Shown: positions 58,465 through 64,000 of the stretch, piece by piece
How positions within the stretch are numbered: position 1 is the stretch's first letter
How the letters are laid out: each line of letters starts with the position of its first letter
Assembly (NCBI RefSeq): GCF_009914755.1
Contig: NC_060935.1
Length of the DNA: 64,000 bases
Source of the DNA: the human T2T-CHM13v2.0 reference genome, Homo sapiens
Reading direction: 5' to 3' (one strand)
The notes under the pieces: model-generated
Database searches by the model: none
Told to the model about the DNA's origin: nothing
Seen by the model: the letters and a program-made list of their open reading frames with translations, nothing else
Translations under genes and position numbers: made by a program

Positions 58465-58963
<499 letters not shown>

Positions 58964-59551
58964 TCACTGCAACCTCCGCCTCCCAGGGTTCACGCCATTC
59001 TCCTGCCTCAGCCTCCCGAGTAGCTGGGACTACAGGCGCCCGCCACCTCGCTCGGCTAATTTTTTGTATTTTTAGTGGAGACAGGGTTTCACCTTGTTAG
59101 CCAGGATGGTCTCGATCTCCTGACCTCGTGATCCGCCCGCCTCGGCCTCCCAAAGTGCTGGGATTACAGGCGTGAGCCACCGCACCCGGCCAGGAAAAAT
59201 TAATTCTATAAAAAAGAACACTAATAAACACAGAAGGAATGGCAGAATTAGAAAATTACCAATTTGCAACCCTCAGTGTTGTAATTCAAGCAAGGATCAT
59301 CCAAGGATGTGGTGTGAAAGGTTATCAGGAACACATAATTATAACAGACTCAGAGAATCACTTCACAGATTACTTATTAATTGTAAGAGAGAAAAATTTA
59401 CCTTTACGATAGAGAGATCAGGTTGCCATGACCTTAATAATCAAATTTAGCATTCATGGATAGTAAGACCCTGACATCATATCCTCCTGACATGCAGTAA
59501 GTACACACATTGCCAAAAACTTAAATCTAACCCCAATCTAATCATTGATAA

Positions 59552-59776
<225 letters not shown>

Positions 59777-61631
59777 TGAGATGGGGTATCACCATGTTGG
59801 CCAGGCTGGTCTCGAACTCCTGACCTCAAGTGATCTGCCCACCTCAGCCTCCCAAAATGTTGGGATTACAGACATGAGCTACCATGCCAAGGGGCTCTAT
59901 TTAGATTAAATGAGTTGATAAAAGAGATATAATAGGATGCAATATGTACATCTTGACTGGATCTGATTTTAAAAACCAGAAACTATATAAGGTATTTTTG
60001 GGCAATTAGAATTTTTTTTTTCTTTTTTGAGACAGGGTCTCACTCTGTCGCCCAGGCTGGAGTGCAGTGGCGCGATCATGGTTCACTGCAGCCTTGACAT
60101 CCCCAGGCTCAGGTGATTTTCCCAAGTAGCTGGGACTACAGGTGCACGCTACCACACCATGCTAAATTTTGTAGTTTTTGTAGAGATGGGGTTTCACTAT
60201 GTTGCCCAGGCTGGCCTTGAACTCCTGGGCTCAAGCAATCTGTCTGCCTTTGCTTCCCAAAGTGCTGGGGTTATAGACATGACCCATTGCACCTGGCAGA
60301 AAATTTTGAATAACTATTACATTGGGTAATACTGACTTCTTGCTTATTACATATAATGTATTATGGCTATGTAGTAGAACGCCCTTATTAGGGGATACAT
60401 GTTGAAGAATTTAGGGGTCAAACGTCAATCAACATATCTGTAACTTACTTTTAAATAATTGGGCCAAAAAAGTGTGTGTTTGTGTAAAAGCACAATTGGC
60501 AAATTGTGATTTGGCGTATCTAGGTTAAGGGTTGTACTTTAAGCTTTTATGTAAGCTTGAAAATTTTAAAAATATTTGTATTTTAAAAGAGGGGGGAAGA
60601 ACACTTCTTCATAGGGCCAATAGATGTAAAGTTACAGTCATTGTGCCAGACCCCAATAAGTCGCCAGATTTAGTAAGTTACAGATTTACTACTACTACTT
60701 AGAAGTGTGAAAAGCTCATAATTTTCCTTCCCAAGTGTTTCTGAATTTTGAATGGTGAGGATGCCAACCAGGGCTAAGTGGTGGAGGAGTTAGAATCTAA
60801 GCCTGGGTGGGCAGTCTGGATAGAGCCACCACCCACAGAAACCACACCACTAGGCCTATTTTTTTTTTTTGAGATAGAGTCTCGCTCTGTCACCCAGTTT
60901 GGAGTGCAGTGGCGTGATCCTGGCTCACTGCGACCTCTGCCTCCCAGGTTCAAGTGATTCTCCTGCCTCAGCCTCCTGAGTAGCTGGGATTTCAGGTGCG
61001 TGCCACCATGCCCGGCTAATTTTTGTATTTTTAGTAGAGACGGGGTTTCACCACGTTGGCCAGGCTGGTCTCAAGCTCCTGACCTCAAATGATCCACCCA
61101 CCTCAGCCTCCCAAAGTGCTGGGATTACAGGCGTGAGCCACCGCGCCCGGCCAGGTCTGCCTATCTTCTGTGCTGTGATTCTGCCTGGAAGAAGATGGCT
61201 GTTCAGGCCTTGTTTTTCCTGCCTCATCATGAACCCAGAATCTCTGTAACTCGGCAGGAAAGAAACTCCTGTCATGACTCACTGTGAATGTTGACAAAGA
61301 GAGGCCACTCCTGGGCCTCAGAAATGTCAAGGATGGGCAGAAAGAACTGGAGACAGGCCAGGCTCAGTGGCTCATGCCTGTAATCCCAGCACTTGGAAGG
61401 CCCAGGTGGGAGGATCGCTTGAGTTCAGGAGTTTGAGACCACCTGGACAACATAATGAGACCTCGTTTCTATAGAGAAAAAAAAAAATTAGCTGGGCATG
61501 GTAACACGTGCTTGCAGTCCCAGCTGCACAGGCTGAGGTAGGAGGATCGCTTGAGCCTGGGAGGTCAGGCTGCAGCAAGCCGAGATCACGCCACTGCACT
61601 CCAGCTTGGGCAACAGAGTAAGACCCTGTCT

Positions 61632-61672
<41 letters not shown>

Positions 61673-63329
61673 AAAGAACTGGAGAGGCTGTGTGGGGTAG
61701 GGGCAGACCATGCATGGTATTCGGCATTACCTGGGTTTGCATTTGAATCATCCCCTGCCACTTACTAGCTGTGCAGCCCTGGGCACGTTCCTGGGCAGAT
61801 GATGATGATCATAACAACAACAAACACTACAACGGCAATAATAATGGCTAACGTTTATTGAGCAGTTACTACCGTGCTAGGCACTCTATACATGTTAATC
61901 TCTTTCAATCTCACAGATTAAGTAGATACTATTATATACCTACTTTACAGACCAACCATACTGGGCCCTCTTCGACTTCTGCAATTTGGCATCTGCCATC
62001 CCCTCTGCCTGGACCTTGAAGACAAATCCCATGCATCGGCCAGGTCTCTCAGCTGGAATTCATTCCTTCTCCTCTGCATCTGCGGAGAATTTTAGTCTAA
62101 CCCCTTACCACAGCCAACTTTACTTAAGTAGATGGATGCCTGGCTCCCTTGCTGGGGCTGGGGGTGCCCCTTTCTATATCCACAGAAGCACGTAGAATAG
62201 GGGAAGAGGAAGAAATTTCTCTCCTGTTTAGTCAGATCCATTTTCCCCACCTGGATTTTCAAAACTTTTTAATTTTGAAATGCTCTGTTCAATTTTCAAT
62301 CTGGAATCTAAAGGGATGTGACAAGGCCGAGGTGATTACTTGGGAGTAAATGCAAGGAGAGTTTCCACTGCGTAAGGGAATGGACAGCACGTGGCTGGGT
62401 AAATTTCAAAAAAGACAATGCTCAGAGTGAGTACTGTGTTTTCCAGTAAGTGGGAGACTTCCCCACCTTACCCCACCGGAGAAAGGACTCTTTGCCTTGA
62501 AGCCCCTAGGACGACTACCCTTTCTTCACCTCCTCTTCCTGACCACCCCACATCAAAGAGCTGCGTCTATAATTCTGTCTTGCCCAGTCCATATCTCTAA
62601 GAAATCCGAAGGCTGCTCTATTACCATCACAACCCATAGGGAGGAGAGAAAAGGTGCTTCCTAGACACAGGGACCCCAGAATGAGCTGCGCAAAAGGCAG
62701 GAGGAGAGAAAGGTGGGCTGGAAGAAGGAGACCACGGAATCTGGCACGGCAAGGTATTCTTTCATCTGGCGTAGACCTCCAACAACCACTACCATCCCCC
62801 AGCCCCTTCCAGAACTTTCCTTCACCTTCTCGGCTCACTCTCACGCTTCACCTTGTGCTTTTCCTCCGGCACCAGCACCCCATTTCAAACCGCTCTCTTC
62901 CTATGTCTCCTCCAAACAGTAATTTATAAACACCGTGCTTTCAAATCCATCTCATTTCATCCTCACAGTACTATAGGAGGGCTGCCTTACAGGCTGTCAT
63001 TCGGAAGGGTTGGGGGGACTGGTCCTGCCAGACAATTTGCGAAGGTCGGGGCATCAAAACTTTTCTTTCCTGCCTCCCACGCCAAGCTAAACCTCTGCCT
63101 CCCCGAGTGCAGGGAGAAAAGCAAGGTCTTTGAAGTAAGGAGTCCTGAGTGGTTTTAGGCAAGTCCCTTCGCTTTTCTGAGCCTCACATTCCTCACCTGT
63201 CAACGGCTATAGTGACGCCTCTACTTTTCAGGGCGTGGGAGGTCAATGAGATCACTGGTGTGCCGCACTGAACTCGGGGATGGACTCTTTATTTCCAGTC
63301 AGTAAAGGGAGGTATTCTATGCATCACAG

Positions 63330-64000
63330 GCTTTTGCCCACGCCGCCACAGCGCGGCCGGCCCAGGGCTCTCCAGAGCGGGGCAAGTTCCCTGTCATCTG
63401 TGTCTCCGCCCTTCCTTCCCCAATCTCACCCAGGCTGGCCTCATCGGCTTGTTCCGCACCCACTCCCCAGCCCTACAGCCCCCACTCCGACCTGACAAGT
63501 GCCCCACCCCCACCTAGAGATCCCGCCTCTCCTTGCCCCACCCACCAAGGACTCCTCCCACAGTCCCGACCCTCATTATCCGGGCTTTTCCGACTATCAC
63601 CATCCGCCCTTGCTCTCCCAACAGCCCCGCCCCTCTAAGAGCTCTGCCCACTTCGGCTCACCTCGCTCCGAAACGCGCCCCCTCCCCCGCACCACAGGCG
63701 ATGCCATCCCCATTTCACAGATGGGAATGGCGAGGCTGGGATAGATTAGTCTCATGGTAAGACAGGTGCTCAGTGGGCCCACGTACCCTCGCCGGTAGTC
63801 CCCGAGCCCCGCGACCCCGGCCGTGCCGCACCCACCTCCTGCCCTCGCTCTGCAGCCTCTCCCTCCGCGAGCGGCCAGCGCAGCTTTGCGAGGGGGGCGG
63901 AGGGTAGGAGCCCAGCCCAGGGGCGTGGCGGTCCGGGGTCTGTGCGCTGCCTTCCGGGACTGGTAGTTCTCTCTGGGCTCCTCGCAGCTCGGCGCGTCGA
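63330..64000. promoter_or_regulatory. CpG-island promoter of KCTD21 (bidirectional with USP35, which lies beyond the window)
   Basis: CpG-rich; GC box GGGGCGGAG at ~63894; ZNF143/SBS-like GAACTACCAGTCCCGGAAGGC on the minus strand (63969-63949). USP35 adjacency is from recall. Confidence 0.85.
63836..63890 (-). other. KCTD21: KCTD21 non-coding exon 1 (boundaries approximate)
   Basis: Lies in the CpG island; donor GGCAGGAG|GTGGGT at 63836/63835. Alternative donors at 63787 and 63662. The TSS cannot be determined from sequence. Confidence 0.5.

Noticed and set aside
63900-64000. USP35 exon
   Set aside because: No USP35 coding sequence is visible; only the shared promoter is in the window.

Overview
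Human (primate) genomic DNA that I recognise as chr11q14.1. It is very Alu-rich (about 70 Alu copies or fragments). Genes: (i) the 5' end of ALG8 on the minus strand, with coding exon 1 at 14736-14830 and exon 2 at 2590-2668; the gene continues off the left edge. (ii) KCTD21 (KCASH2) on the minus strand, with a single 260-codon coding exon at 49014-49796 and a non-coding first exon in the CpG island at the right edge, which from recall is shared head-to-head with USP35 just outside the window. (iii) The plus-strand lncRNA KCTD21-AS1, which starts from the ALG8 CpG island and runs toward the KCTD21 3'UTR. There is no prokaryote-type system (no CRISPR, no operon), and almost all other ORFs in the track are Alu or other repeat read-through. 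The most notable observations are: a U6 snRNA retrocopy split in two by a full-length Tigger1 inserted at a TA; a 5'-truncated prothymosin-alpha (PTMA) retrocopy that has lost its stop codon and is bracketed by splice signals inside the lncRNA (possible exonisation or microprotein); an unexplained ~42-bp-stem hairpin; a ~355-bp non-repeat dispersed duplication; and an Alu-Alu recombination tandem duplication with a resolvable breakpoint. Repeat subfamily names come from recalled consensus sequences and are approximate. Gene names come from recognising the sequence, not from a database search.
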